Of a DNA stretch of 64,000 nucleotides, positions 1 to 11,997 are shown one piece after another. The notes beneath the pieces were generated by a model. The model saw only the letters and a list, made by a program, of their open reading frames with translations, searched no databases and was not told the origin of the DNA. The stretch's first letter is position 1. Each line of letters begins with the position of its first letter. Source of the DNA: a virus; IMG/VR virus record IMGVR_UViG_3300024999_000080, positions 12,878 to 76,877 of that record, one strand, 5' to 3'. The position numbers and the translations under genes are program-made.

Positions 1-467
1 TAAATTATTTTCAAAGCAATATGAGCGATTTATTTAGTAAAACATATCATTTTGGAATTAATTTTGAACCTGAATATCAACGTGAATTTGTTTGGGAATT
101 GGACGATAAAGTTTCTCTAATTGATTCTATTTTTAATAACGTTGACATTGGTAAATTTACATTCTTACATTATGATGATCAGAAATGGACAGAAACAGGT
201 TTTGGATACGAAGTCATTGACGGAAAACAAAGGTTAAGAGCAATTCTTGATTTCTTTGAAGATAGGTTTACTTATAAAGGAAAGTTGTTTAGTGAATTAT
301 CTCATAGAGATAGAAACCATTTTAAAAACTTTCCTGTCATGGAGGCCGAACTTCACAATTTAACTAGAGAACAAATTTTAAGATATTTTATCATGTTGAA
401 TACTGGTGGACGCATTATGGCAAAAGAACAAATTGAAAAAGTTAAGGAAATGTTAGAAAATATGTAA
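1..467 (+). CDS. DUF262 (ParB-like/GmrSD N-terminal) domain protein, probably 5'-truncated by the window edge
   Basis: P-x-YQR-x-FVW, LIDSI and VIDGKQRL motifs; reading frame is open back to the window start. Confidence 0.8.
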   Translation, partial: NYFQSNMSDLFSKTYHFGINFEPEYQREFVWELDDKVSLIDSIFNNVDIGKFTFLHYDDQKWTETGFGYEVIDGKQRLRAILDFFEDRFTYKGKLFSELSHRDRNHFKNFPVMEAELHNLTREQILRYFIMLNTGGRIMAKEQIEKVKEMLENM

Positions 468-934
468 AGAAGGAATGATATTTTATGGACTTACTACGGA
501 GAATAGCAATGTATTTAATTTTTGTGATGTGTGCCGTACTAATACAATTTTGTTATTATCCTGCTTATAATCTTAATAACCTTTTCGCCAGTTTATTTTT
601 AGCAATTTTCGTTGCAACTGTTATTGTATTTGCAAGACCAGATATATTCAAATCAAAGAAAAAATTAGGATAAACTTATTCTTTGGATGGATTTTAAGGA
701 GGTAGAACATTATGCAAATTATTAATTACATTTTTATACTTGCACTAATTCTAAGTGGAGTTATATCAATGTTCCCTAAGTATCATAAATTAGGTTTAAA
801 ACTACTTAAGTACGTTTTGTTTACATTCATCCTTTTAAAATTTACTCCAGTTATTTATTCATATATTGACGGATTTGTGAAATAAACATTGATATTGGTA
901 TGATGAGGTGTTATATTTAACTTATATATAGGAG

Positions 935-1825
935 GTGTTTAACATGATCAGAAACATAGGATTCGCTTGCATGAGTAAAAAATGCAATACCAAGCACCAA
1001 ACATTCAGATTGGCATCATTTAGTGAATACAGATTAAAGCAAGCAATTACTCATAATCTCAAAGAAACTGAGCGAACAATCCAACATTGTATTTCTGAAG
1101 GAATTAAATTATTTAGACTAAGTTCTGATTTAATTCCATTTGCTACGCATGATATTATGAAAGATATTGATTATATGTCTTGGATACAATCTGATCTAAA
1201 AAGGATTGGTGGTATAGTAAAAAATAATAATATGCTATTATCAATGCATCCTTCTCAAATGTGCTGTATAAACAGCAATAAAGAAGATGTTGTAAATAAT
1301 TCTATCAAAGATTTGATGTATCATTATGATATTCTTAATTCTATGGGGTTGGATAGTTTTAATATTATTATTCATGTTGGTGGTGTTTATGGCAATAAAC
1401 CGGAAGCAATGAAGAGATTTATTAATGTATTTAATAGTTTACCTGTAGATTTGAGAAATCATATCTTGCTAGAGAATGATGATAAGAGTTATAATATTAG
1501 TGATGTGATGGCAATACACAAGGAAACTGGAGTTAGAGTTGTGTTTGATTATCATCATCATGTTTGCAATAATGATGGTATAGAATTAGATTTAGAAGCG
1601 ATATTTGCCACTTGTGGGATTGGTAATGTGCCTAAGATACATCTTAGTTCACCTAAGAGTATTAAAGAGTTTAGAAGTCATTCTGACATGATTGATTATA
1701 AATATTGTAGAGAGTTCTTTGATAAGTATAATGGTTTGGAATTTGATGTAATGATTGAGGCGAAGGATAAAGATTTGGCTGTTGATAAGTTTATTGAGGA
1801 TTATAGGAGGGAGATGAAGAAATGA
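935..1825 (+). CDS. uvsE: UV DNA damage endonuclease
   Basis: IGFAC, LFRLSSDLIPF, SMHP, IIHVGG, LENDD, FDYHHH, KIHLSS, HSD and MIEAKDKD motifs of UvdE/UvsE. Confidence 0.93.
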   Translation: MFNMIRNIGFACMSKKCNTKHQTFRLASFSEYRLKQAITHNLKETERTIQHCISEGIKLFRLSSDLIPFATHDIMKDIDYMSWIQSDLKRIGGIVKNNNMLLSMHPSQMCCINSNKEDVVNNSIKDLMYHYDILNSMGLDSFNIIIHVGGVYGNKPEAMKRFINVFNSLPVDLRNHILLENDDKSYNISDVMAIHKETGVRVVFDYHHHVCNNDGIELDLEAIFATCGIGNVPKIHLSSPKSIKEFRSHSDMIDYKYCREFFDKYNGLEFDVMIEAKDKDLAVDKFIEDYRREMKK

Positions 1826-4800
1826 AAATCATATGTAATGAAAGTGAAAAGAAATGGTTAATAAAAGTATTAGAAAAAAGTGAATATGGATGCCCTAGAT
1901 TACATTCATTGTCTAGATGTTTAATACAGGCAACAGCAACAGAAGGATGTTTGCCATCAACTTTTGAAAATTGTATAGTTAATCAAATAGAATTCGTAAT
2001 AACTTAAAGTGTGGTTTGATTTGGTAGAGAAAAGGAGTTGGGTATTATGAAATTTATTGCTAATGTTTTAGTAAAAATTGAAGTGGAAGCAGATTCAGAA
2101 GATTTTGCAAAGGAATTGTTAGAAGAAAGAATAGATGGATTATTTTTGGATATAAAGGGCTGTAATATTGAAAAAGGATGCTATTCATTGAAGTCAATTG
2201 GACAAAGAGTAATGAATATTCAAAAGGATAATTTACGATTCGTGTTGAAACTAAAGGATTCAGAATTATATTTAAATTCAAGTGAAAATGGAGTTAATTC
2301 TTACACAAATGATATTAATTTAGCTTTTGTATGGAAGTGTAATACCAACATTAGTGAATTGAAAATTGATGAAGATATGTATGAAATAGTTAAGATTTAG
2401 TACATGAAGGAGTTGAAATAACTTGGCAAAAAATAGTATCGACCTTAGAATCATCACAGAAAATCTAATGTTCGGAGGAATTAAAAATCATCAAGAATTT
2501 GAAGAATTGATTAAAGGCCACTGGGAATATAGAAAAGGCAAGACTGTGGACGATGTCACTGAAGCAATAGAAAAAGGTTTAAAGATGGGTCATGGTAAGG
2601 CTGAGAGGGAAGTTGAATGTGCTACTATGTATTTGGAAACTGTTTTTAAGAAGGTTAAGGTTGTTAAAGTAATTTTGAAGGAGGACGATTAAAATGAAAA
2701 TTGATCTAAATTTGCAAAGTGATAGTTATAATTCACATTGTGAAGAGTTAACTATAAGTTTTGAAGTTATTGAAGATAAAGACTATGTATGGATTCAGCT
2801 TGGAGATAGGGAAGTTGGAGTTAGCAGAGAAGAATTTAGGAAATTGTTGGCTATTGTTTAATTTCAGAAATGTCTAGATTTAATCTAATTGTAAAGGAGA
2901 ATATTATGAGTACAAGATGGATAGGAAGAATGACAAGACTAGCAGGTGATCAATCTACAGAGTATTTATTATGTGGTGAAAAATATATTGATTATTTAGC
3001 TATAATTGACGAAGATGAAAAAGGATATTTTTATCCACGGCTTCATAAAGTTTTATTAGACAAAACTTTAGGGAAAGATGAATTAATGACCGCATGGGCA
3101 ACAAATTTAGCAAGTGCAAAGAAAATGATTTGTATGGACAATGGTTGGAAAAGTAAAGATTTTATATGGGAGAAAGAAGAAATTTAAGGATGTGAAAACA
3201 TATGTTCAATGTAAAAGAATTTAATGATTCAAGACTAATTGAACTCTGTAATGATATATATGATTGGGATACAGGAAATGGTGATATACCTGAAAATTCT
3301 AAATTAAAAAGTTTAATTTCTGCTCATTTTTCTGGTTATCCCAACGCTTATTATATTAGGGATTTAATTATAAGTGAAGCGTATGAAAGATTTAATAAAG
3401 TAGCTAAATTATTAGTAAGAGATAAAACATGGTTTATAAAGTAATTAAAACGAGGATTTTGAAAGAGGTTGTTTAAAATGTTAGGAAATTGTAAGATTAT
3501 AGTTGGAAGTGGATCATCAAAAGACGGACGAAAAGGTTTAGCTTTATGGAATAATAATGATGATTATTATGTACAAATATTTGAAACAAAAGAAGAAGTT
3601 AATGATTTTATTAAAGAAATAGAACAAAAAAAAGATGAGTTATTTACGAACAAATAAAACTAAGATTTGAACGTTTTTGAAAGGAGAATATTTAAAATGA
3701 ATAAATTTGAAGAAGTATTTTCTGGAGTAGATATCGATAAACTTATTATGTATGAAATATACATTAATTTCTCTACTCATAATTTTGATGAATTAAAATT
3801 TGTATATGATAAAGCGGTAGAATATCACAAAACAATATTAAGTATAAGACATTGCGTTAAAAAGGCGATAAATGATGTTATTTTACAACATAAGAAAGTA
3901 GATGATTTTGTTAGGGAATTAATAAAGAGTCTTTAAACCTTTGATTTTCTGGGAGCGAAAGGAGGTAACAAGAAGTGAATAAATTAACATTAGCTGAATT
4001 CGAGGCAATAGACAGAGTAAAAATTAATGCTTTAATATCTTTGCTTGTTAATGAGGATGTTATTAATAGAAAAGAATTTTCGATAATGATAAAAAAGAAT
4101 ATTAATAATCTTGTTGATTGCAGTAGCAAAGAAAAGATAAAAGCAGAAATTAATATGTTTTTGATGAATCTTTAATATAGGAGGAATTATTAAATGAAAT
4201 TACTATGATTATTCACATTAAATCTTAATAATTACATTAAATTTAACTCTATTTTATTAATAAATAAATATTTAAAGGAGATTGTAATATGTATATGCCG
4301 ATTTATTGTAGACAATGTGGCGAACAATTAATCATAAGTAATATGGGATATGTAAGAGATGTAAACAACAAACCAGTGAGTATCTGTAATAATTGTTCTG
4401 AATTGGTTTTAGAGAAATTAAAAGCAGATAGACTAGTAGAAATTTATAAAGGTAATGCAATATATAAAAAAGATAATGTTTATTTCCCATATTGGGGATG
4501 TGCTTATTTTTATAATACCATTGAAGGCGTAAGAGATAGAATTGATCATCATGATATATCTATTGTTCCGACTGATTTGTTAAGAAAAGCAATAATGGGT
4601 GAAGATTTATTATAAATTATGAATATTTATATTTGACTTTCCAACTCATTACATGCTATAATGAATATAGAAATAAATATATAAGGAGTGATGAATAAAT
4701 GGCATCAGGCGAAGGAATTCGAAGTTTTATACATAAGCATTCATTATCAACAAGTTATAAGATAGTTCCTGAAGGAGATAGGAAAATTAATTATATCCCT

Positions 4801-5497
4801 GATGAAAAATATGATTGCCCAGTTTGTGGCAAGCACAATATTGGTACAGTGATAGGTGGGAACAAATTTTGCCAAGATTGTTTCATTGAATATAATCATA
4901 TAGGAATATTCTCTATTCAATGGAATGGTGAATTAGTTCCTTATCATATTAATGAGTTTATAGATTGTGGATAAAGGAGATTACATAAATGAAAAAAGAA
5001 AAAGAAGGAACTTTTCTATGGGTTTTGCAAGAAGTAGCAAAATATGAGGGTGCATTAGCCAGTTGTGCAATTGAAGGGAATGAATTTGGAATAAAGCATT
5101 TAGATGCAATTGAGGATATGGAATTGGTTGGAAAGTATTTGTATTTGAAGAAAGTGTTTGATTATTTGGAAGAGATGTATAATCCTAAAGAAAAGGAGTA
5201 AATTTAATGTATTTTATTACAGGAATTGAGAAGTTAGATAAAGATTATGGTGTAAAAGGTACTAGATGCTTCGGATATAAGAAAACATGGTTAGAAGCAG
5301 ATCATTCTGTAAGGGGTAATTCATGTGATATTAATGAGACTATTTATGATTATGCTGTAATTGAATTTATTGAATCTGGATTGCATTTTATTTGTGATAA
5401 GAGATGGTTTTATAAATTTGATTATGATAAGAGAATGTATGAAGCAATAAGTGAACCTGAAGAAGTTAAGGGATTGTGTAATTTTAGTATTGGGTAA
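1822..5497 (+). other. Array of about 14 small hypothetical phage genes (60-120 aa), some with CxxC zinc ribbons (4289..4615, 4699..4974)
   Basis: Co-oriented ORFs each with an RBS; no recognisable family. Confidence 0.7.
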
Positions 5498-5526
5498 GGA
5501 GATTCTGTTTTATTATAAAATAAAGC

Positions 5527-5555
5527 TTGACACAAATTGATAAATAAAGTATACT
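5527..5555 (+). promoter_or_regulatory. sigmaA-type promoter
   Basis: TTGACA-17 nt-TATACT. Confidence 0.8.
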
Positions 5556-5614
5556 GAACACAAGGAAAACCAAAGACATTATATGAGTTAAGCATTAAAG
5601 GATGTGAAACTAAA

Positions 5615-5638
5615 ATGGGAGTAAAGATTCATACATAA
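5615..5638 (+). CDS. Putative 7-codon leader peptide MGVKIHT
   Basis: AAGGATGTG RBS upstream; near-identical architecture at 10202. Confidence 0.4.
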   Translation: MGVKIHT

Positions 5639-5706
5639 CTAAACAAATTTATCTCAATCATGAATCATTTTAAATTAAAACAAATTATAATATAAATATT
5701 AGGAGG

Positions 5707-7764
5707 ATGAAAGTAATGAATTTTAATCAATTTAAAGGTTTAATGCAGGAAAATTTCAAACAAATGGTTAAGGATGCTACTCATTTATTTGAGGTTGATT
5801 TAGACAAGGAATTATTGTGGAATTTGTATCTCGATAGCTTCCCAGAAGGTACTAATCCAATGTTTAGAAATAGACGAGAATTTGATTGTAGTTGTTGCAG
5901 ACAATTTATCAAAAACATTGGCAATGCAGTTATCATTAAAGATAATAAAATTACAACCATTTGGGACTTTGAAACAAATGATTCTACATTTCAACCAGTA
6001 ATTAATGCTTTATCTAAATATGTAAAATCAAAAGTTGTCTCAGATATTTATGTTGCTAAAGAGAAAAAGATTGGAACAGATAAGAACTTTGAAAAGGGTG
6101 TAAATGGCAGTATTACTGAATGGCAACATTTTTATCTTGATCTTCCTGACAAATTTGTAGATCGAAGTGGAAAATCAGAAGGGGATATTAAAGGTGGTTT
6201 TAGAGACACACGAAATGTATTCAAAAGATCATTAGATGAAATTACAGAAGAAAGTTTGCTTACTATACTAGAGCTTATATCTCAGAACAGCCTATACAAA
6301 GGCGAAGAATGGAAAGCTGTATTGACTGAATTCCTTAAATATAAAAAGACATATGATAAACTCAAATCTAATAAAGAAAAAGAAAATTATACTTGGGAAC
6401 AGTCAGTAAAAGTTGGTGGTTCTATTGGTAAGATTAAAAACCATTCAATAGGAACATTGCTTATAAATATAAGTGAAGGAATGGATTTAGATTTAGCAGT
6501 TAAGAAATATGAAGCGATAGTGGCTCCTGAATCATATAAACGCAGTAAACCAATTTACACAAAAAAACAACTAGAAGATGCCAAGAAAACAATTATTGAA
6601 TTAGGATATATGGATTCAATAAATGGTCGTAGATTCGCAAATCCAGATGATATTTCTATAAATAATATCTTATTTTCTAATAAAGATTCTGCTAAGAGAA
6701 TTAGTGGAATGGATATATTCGATGAAATGTCAAGTAATATACCGATTAATCCTAAAAAGTTCTCAAAAGTTGAAGAAGTTTCTATTGATAATTTTATTAA
6801 AGATATTTTACCAACAGCCAAAGAACTTGAAGTATTTTTAGAGAATAAGCATTCTAGCAATATGGCATCATTGATTGCTCCTGAAAGTCGAGACCATAAA
6901 ACAATGTTTAAATGGAGCAATAATTTTTCATGGTCGTACTCAGGAAATATAACAGATAGTTCTATGAAAGAAAATGTTAAATCTGCTGGTGGTAACGTTG
7001 AGGGTATTTTAAGATTCTCTATTCAATGGAATGACAATGAATTTGATGGAAATGATTTAGATGCTCATTGTGTCGAACCAAATGGAAATCTAATTTATTA
7101 TGGGGATAAAATTAATAGTCGTACTACTGGTCAACTAGATATTGATATTCAAAGTCCTAAGAAAAATGTTCCGGCAGTAGAAAATATTACATGGACTAAT
7201 AAAAATAAAATGCAAGAAGGTATTTATAAGTTCTTAGTTCATAACTTTGCTCATCGCGGTGGAAGAGGTGGTTTTAAAGCAGAAATTGAATTTGATGGTC
7301 AAATATTCTCTTTTGATTATTCCAAAGAGTTAAGAAATGGTGAAAAGGTTCAAGTTGCAGAAGTTACTTTTAGTATAGACAAAGGATTTAGTATTGTAGA
7401 AAAATTACCATCCAATGTTTCTTCAAGAGAAGTATGGGGATTAAAAACAAATCAATTTGTACCAATATCAGTTGTATGCTTATCACCTAATTACTGGGAT
7501 AGTCAACATGGACAAGGTAATTTACATTATATGTTCATGCTCAAGGACTGTATTAACCCAGAACAGCCCAATGCCTTTTACGTAGAATTTTTGAAACAGG
7601 AATTAGTACCACATAGAAAATTCTTTGAAGCATTGGGAGCAAAAATGGCAGTAAAAGATGTTTCAGATCAGTTGTCAGGGGTTGGATTTTCATCTACTAA
7701 AAGAAATGAATTGTTAGTTAAGGTTAAAGGTAATATGGAGAGAATGGTTAAAATTAAATTCTAA
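5707..7764 (+). CDS. Large conserved phage protein with C-terminal YfaP/DUF2135-like domain
   Basis: 685 aa; N-terminal CSCC; C-terminal DLDAHCVEP...GQLDIDI...AVENITW. Confidence 0.6.
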   Translation: MKVMNFNQFKGLMQENFKQMVKDATHLFEVDLDKELLWNLYLDSFPEGTNPMFRNRREFDCSCCRQFIKNIGNAVIIKDNKITTIWDFETNDSTFQPVINALSKYVKSKVVSDIYVAKEKKIGTDKNFEKGVNGSITEWQHFYLDLPDKFVDRSGKSEGDIKGGFRDTRNVFKRSLDEITEESLLTILELISQNSLYKGEEWKAVLTEFLKYKKTYDKLKSNKEKENYTWEQSVKVGGSIGKIKNHSIGTLLINISEGMDLDLAVKKYEAIVAPESYKRSKPIYTKKQLEDAKKTIIELGYMDSINGRRFANPDDISINNILFSNKDSAKRISGMDIFDEMSSNIPINPKKFSKVEEVSIDNFIKDILPTAKELEVFLENKHSSNMASLIAPESRDHKTMFKWSNNFSWSYSGNITDSSMKENVKSAGGNVEGILRFSIQWNDNEFDGNDLDAHCVEPNGNLIYYGDKINSRTTGQLDIDIQSPKKNVPAVENITWTNKNKMQEGIYKFLVHNFAHRGGRGGFKAEIEFDGQIFSFDYSKELRNGEKVQVAEVTFSIDKGFSIVEKLPSNVSSREVWGLKTNQFVPISVVCLSPNYWDSQHGQGNLHYMFMLKDCINPEQPNAFYVEFLKQELVPHRKFFEALGAKMAVKDVSDQLSGVGFSSTKRNELLVKVKGNMERMVKIKF

Positions 7765-7781
7765 AAATAAAATGATAAAAT

Positions 7782-8201
7782 TTGAAGGAGTGTGTATTTA
7801 TTATGACAAATGCAAATACTGTAAACATTTTTGAGGTAGCTACTAGAAACATGTATAGGTTCCCATTTAAGGGCATGAGCAATGTTGAAGATATGTGGCA
7901 AATTAGTGTTAAAGAATTGGATTCTGTTTTCAAGGTTTTAAATTCTCAACTAAAGGAAGTACAAGAGGAAAGTTTGCTTGATGTAAGAACTCAGCAAGAT
8001 CAAGAATTAGATATCAAAATTCAAATTATCAAATATATTGTTAAAGTTAAGCAAGAAGAAGCAGAAAAGCAATTGCAAGCAAAAAGTCTAAAAGAACAAA
8101 AGCAAAAACTTATGGAAATTTATGCATCCAAAAAAGATGAAGATTTGCTGAAAAAGTCACCAGAAGAAATTAAAGCGATGATCGATGCGTTAGATAGTTA
8201 A
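7782..8201 (+). CDS. Conserved coiled-coil phage protein, partner of the upstream gene
   Basis: NIFEVATR..RFPFKG..VEDMW followed by a coiled coil. Confidence 0.6.
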   Translation: MKECVFIMTNANTVNIFEVATRNMYRFPFKGMSNVEDMWQISVKELDSVFKVLNSQLKEVQEESLLDVRTQQDQELDIKIQIIKYIVKVKQEEAEKQLQAKSLKEQKQKLMEIYASKKDEDLLKKSPEEIKAMIDALDS

Positions 8202-8224
8202 GGTTTGATTGATTAGATTGATTG

Positions 8225-8261
8225 AATAAGTAGGGAGGGATAAATTCTCTCCTTGCTTATT
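8225..8261 (+). terminator. Intrinsic terminator-like hairpin
   Basis: aataagtagggaggga / tctctccttgcttatt inverted repeat after the stop. Confidence 0.65.
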
Positions 8262-8522
8262 TATTAAAATGATACACATTACATAAAATATTAAGGAGAT
8301 ATATAATTGAAAACACAACAAGATATTTGCAACAAATTAGTTGAGTTGCAAAAAGAAAGAGATAAAGTAAATAAAGATATTAGGTTTTGTATTGATCAAC
8401 ATAATCATAGTTCTGGTATAAATTTACACTATAAAAATCTATTAGAATTATTAAATTTTTATAATGGTAAAATATCTTCTTTGAATTGGGTTTTGGAATC
8501 AATATAAAAGGAGAAATGTAAA

Positions 8523-9002
8523 TTGCTAAGAGATGGAGAACCATGTAGTCATAGAGGTTGTTTAAATCATATCTCACATCCTTGTGAGGGTTGTGGAAGG
8601 ATCAGAGGAAAGAATATAAAGATGAAGGAATATAAGTTTAGAGCATGGGAACCGCTAAACAAGGAAATGATTTATTTTGACGGTTTTATTCCATTTAAAA
8701 TAAGTGATAAATTTATTGAAGGAGCTTTGAGTTCACAGAATCAAGAGAAAAGATATTTAACAGTTATGAATTATGATGCTATTGAATTGATGCAATTCGC
8801 AGGAGTTGATGACTCAAGAGGGTTGGAAGTTTATGAAGATGATATTCTAGAAATTTGGATTGATGGTATCAAGCAAGATAATTATTATATTGTTGAAGAT
8901 TCAAGAGAATTATATCTTGAAATGAATAGGGATGATTCTTATTATCGTATATCAAAGATTAAAGTTGTAGGTAATAAGTGGGAAAATCCTGAGTTGGCAT
9001 AA
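8523..9002 (+). CDS. YopX-family protein with N-terminal Cys/His zinc-binding segment
   Basis: KFRAW, LMQFAG.D..G.EVYEDDI and VVGNKWENPEL motifs. Confidence 0.8.
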   Translation: MLRDGEPCSHRGCLNHISHPCEGCGRIRGKNIKMKEYKFRAWEPLNKEMIYFDGFIPFKISDKFIEGALSSQNQEKRYLTVMNYDAIELMQFAGVDDSRGLEVYEDDILEIWIDGIKQDNYYIVEDSRELYLEMNRDDSYYRISKIKVVGNKWENPELA

Positions 9003-9361
9003 AACAAATATTTTAAGCTATATTTTAGGAGGAAAAATAATGCTATGTCTAAGAAATGAAACTTGTCATAAAGATACGTTATTCTGTTGTTATTCGTGTG
9101 AAGTGGTATGCTCAACAAAAAATGATTGCAATGATGAAGAATGTATAAACAATCCAAATAGTATTATAAATAAAAAAGAGCAAGATATTAAACAAAAAGA
9201 CGATATTGAATGGTTACTAAAAGAATTATTAGAAGCAGGTAAATATGCAGAAGTAGACTTTGAGAAAATTACTGAGGTAGCAAGGCGTAACGGATATGAA
9301 ATTGATGAGGAATTGGATTTAGTTGAAATTGATACAGAATAATAAAAGGAGGAAATGAATA

Positions 9362-9426
9362 ATGAGTTATGGACGCAACCCATATTATATTTACAGCAGT
9401 GGCAGTGGTACTCTAGCAACAGTTTG
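9362..9426 (+). pseudogene. Truncated gene fragment (MSYGRNPYYIYSSGSGTLATV*) running into a boundary element
   Basis: Strong GGAGG RBS but only 21 codons; ends in the repeat element whose core is at 9443. Confidence 0.35.
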
Positions 9427-9544
9427 AAAACTATATATTCCCATAAAAAACCAATTTGATAGGAAATAGAAATTAAACTTGACTTATTATATCAATTTAT
9501 GTTATTATAAATATAGAAATAAATATTTTAGGAGGAGAAAATAT

Positions 9545-10096
9545 ATGAAAAAGTATGACGTAGGCTTATTAGTAGGTCGTTTTAATGTATTTCATATAGG
9601 ACATAAATCACTTGCAGATTTAGCATTAACCATGTGTGACAGACTATTAATTCTTGTAGGATCTTCACAAGAAAGCGGAACATTGCGTAATCCATTTTAT
9701 GTATATACGAGAATGGAAATGATTAGAGCAATATATCCAGAATCTAATGTGATAATTAAACCATTGCCAGATTTAACAAATGAAAATGATATTACTCCAA
9801 TTTGGGGTAAATATGTTTTACAGAAAACTTATGAGATACTTCAAAAATATCCAGATGCTATGATTTACGGGAATGATGAATGTAGGTCTGGGTGGTTTGA
9901 TCCAGAAGATATCAAAGATATGACTGAAATTGTTGTATCTCGTTCTAATATTCTTATTTCTGCCACAGAATTAAGACAACTCATGGTAGATAATAATTGG
10001 CAAGAGTGGCGTAAATACCATAGTCCAGAATTACATCCATATTATTATCCTTTACGATGGGAATTAATGAATTGTGTTGATTATAAAGCTAAATAA
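9545..10096 (+). CDS. Nicotinamide-nucleotide (NMN/NaMN) adenylyltransferase, cytidylyltransferase superfamily
   Basis: GRFNVFHIGH (HxGH), GSSQES...NPF and ISATELR; true start is likely ATG 9545 after AGGAG, since the TTG at 9479 coincides with a -35 box. Confidence 0.8.
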   Translation: MKKYDVGLLVGRFNVFHIGHKSLADLALTMCDRLLILVGSSQESGTLRNPFYVYTRMEMIRAIYPESNVIIKPLPDLTNENDITPIWGKYVLQKTYEILQKYPDAMIYGNDECRSGWFDPEDIKDMTEIVVSRSNILISATELRQLMVDNNWQEWRKYHSPELHPYYYPLRWELMNCVDYKAK

Positions 10097-10113
10097 AATT
10101 ATTCAAAATGCAC

Positions 10114-10143
10114 TTGACAAACAATCAATAAATAATGTATACT
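10114..10143 (+). promoter_or_regulatory. sigmaA-type promoter of the nicotinamidase-TerY-P operon
   Basis: TTGACA-18 nt-TATACT. Confidence 0.75.
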
Positions 10144-10201
10144 TAATACATGGTTAAGTTAAAACATTACATAAATTATTGAAAAGGATGTGAATCAAGA
10201 C

Positions 10202-10225
10202 ATGATCAAAGAGGTATATACATAA
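10202..10225 (+). CDS. Putative 7-codon leader peptide MIKEVYT
   Basis: AAGGATGTG RBS upstream; matches the 5615 leader. Confidence 0.4.
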   Translation: MIKEVYT

Positions 10226-10295
10226 CTAATTTACATTGTTCTCTAATCCTTATTAAATACAAAAATAAAATTATAATGAAAGAAGGAAATTAAAA

Positions 10296-11204
10296 ATGAA
10301 TACACGTTATGAAGAAATCGTAGATGTACAAGCAATTGGAGTAGCACAAAACACTCGAAGTCTTAATGAAATTCTTGCAAAAGCAAATCAAGAAAAACTT
10401 CAACCTGCATCTAAAAATGTTGAGCAAGTATTGGTAATCGGAATAGACATCCAGAACGATTTTTTAGAGCAGGGAGCTTTAGCAGTACAAGGCAGTCATG
10501 GAGATACAGAAAGATTTACAAAATTCATTTACGACAATATGGATAAAATTGCTCAAATTGCTGTATCAATTGACACTCATAACCCATTCCAAATTTTTCA
10601 TCCTTGTTGGTGGGTAGATGCAGATGGTAACAATCCTCCTCCATTCACACCAATTACTTTAAAAGATTTAGATGATGGAAAATGGTTTCCTGTAGTAGAT
10701 CCAATGAAAAGTCGTAAATATGTTGAAGGATTAGAAGCAAAGGGTAAAAAGAATTTGTTAATTTGGACATATCATTGTCTTCAAGGTACTCATGGTGCAG
10801 CATTAGAAAATCAATTTGCAAATATGGTTTATTTTCACTCAGTTGCTAAGAAAACAATGGTTAATCGAATTGTTAAAGGAACAGATTATTTTAGCGAGAT
10901 GTATGGAATATTTGCTCCAGAGTTTGATGAAAAAGGATTTATTAACCTTGATGTTTTGAATAAGATGGCTAAGTTTGATAAAATTGTAATCGGAGGTCAG
11001 GCTAGTGATTTCTGTTGTTATGAGAGTATTAAACAGTTACTAGAGTTTCACAAGAGTAATTCTGAACTTTTGAAAAAGGTATTCATTCTAGAAGATTGCA
11101 TGTCTGCTGTGATGGATACTCCTGAACAAAGTAAAACTCGATATGATGAATTGAAGAAAGTATATAAAGTTAATATTGTAAAATCAACAGACTTAGTTCT
11201 TTAA
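10296..11204 (+). CDS. Nicotinamidase/isochorismatase-like cysteine hydrolase
   Basis: IDIQNDF, DTH, HC..GT.GA, KG and GQASDFC (catalytic Asp/Lys/Cys). Confidence 0.82.
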   Translation: MNTRYEEIVDVQAIGVAQNTRSLNEILAKANQEKLQPASKNVEQVLVIGIDIQNDFLEQGALAVQGSHGDTERFTKFIYDNMDKIAQIAVSIDTHNPFQIFHPCWWVDADGNNPPPFTPITLKDLDDGKWFPVVDPMKSRKYVEGLEAKGKKNLLIWTYHCLQGTHGAALENQFANMVYFHSVAKKTMVNRIVKGTDYFSEMYGIFAPEFDEKGFINLDVLNKMAKFDKIVIGGQASDFCCYESIKQLLEFHKSNSELLKKVFILEDCMSAVMDTPEQSKTRYDELKKVYKVNIVKSTDLVL

Positions 11205-11242
11205 TAGTTTGATAAGATATAAAAATAAAATAAATTTAAGAA

Positions 11243-11929
11243 ATGAGGAATATTAAAATGGCAGACGTAATGGATATTTTAGGTATGGATGAAATGGAAC
11301 AAGAAAATACTTCTATGGACGATCTAAATAGTGAAAACATTAATTTAATCTTTATTGCAATTGATGAATCAGGTTCAATGGGTGGTTACATTAATGATAT
11401 GAAGAAAAATCTTTCAGAGTTTAAAAGTGCATTAACTGATAGTAAAGAATCGGATGAAATGTTAGTGGCTAGAGCTAATTTCCATGATAGCAACATTGAT
11501 ATTGGAGGATATAAAAAGATTGAAGAATTTGATACAGCTTATAATGTGTACGGTATGACTCCATTATATGATGTAGTTGTTGAAGGTTCGGAGAAATTAG
11601 TCAATTATATGACTTACTTAAAAAATCAAGGAATGCGTGTTAAAGCTGTATTTGCAGTATTCTCAGATGGAGAAGACACAAGTTCTAAAAACAGCATTAG
11701 TCAGGCCAAAAATGTTATCACAGATCTGAATAGTAAAGAGGTAACGACTGCATTCATTAGTTTTGGTTCAAGTGCTATGAGAGAAGCAAAGAATATGCAA
11801 TTTAAAAATATTCTTCAGGTTGGATCTTCTGCTAGTGAATTGCGTAAAGCATTTGATTGTCTATCTAAATCAGTTATTGAAAGTTCAAAATCAGTAGTTG
11901 CTCAAGCAGATGATTTCTTTACAATGTAA
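11243..11929 (+). CDS. vWA domain protein (TerY-like)
   Basis: MIDAS motif DESGSM, TPLYD, FSDGED. Confidence 0.85.
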   Translation: MRNIKMADVMDILGMDEMEQENTSMDDLNSENINLIFIAIDESGSMGGYINDMKKNLSEFKSALTDSKESDEMLVARANFHDSNIDIGGYKKIEEFDTAYNVYGMTPLYDVVVEGSEKLVNYMTYLKNQGMRVKAVFAVFSDGEDTSSKNSISQAKNVITDLNSKEVTTAFISFGSSAMREAKNMQFKNILQVGSSASELRKAFDCLSKSVIESSKSVVAQADDFFTM

Positions 11930-11945
11930 TATGTAATAATTTAAT

Positions 11946-11981
11946 TGACTAGTCCTGTTTGAAATATAGCAGGACTAGTCA
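11946..11981 (+). terminator. Strong intra-operon hairpin
   Basis: tgactagtcctgtt / agcaggactagtca inverted repeat. Confidence 0.55.
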
Positions 11982-11997
11982 CAAATAGGAGGAAATA

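Noticed and set aside
9479-9544. N-terminal extension of the adenylyltransferase
   Set aside because: The TTG is part of a TTGACT -35 box; the RBS points to ATG 9545
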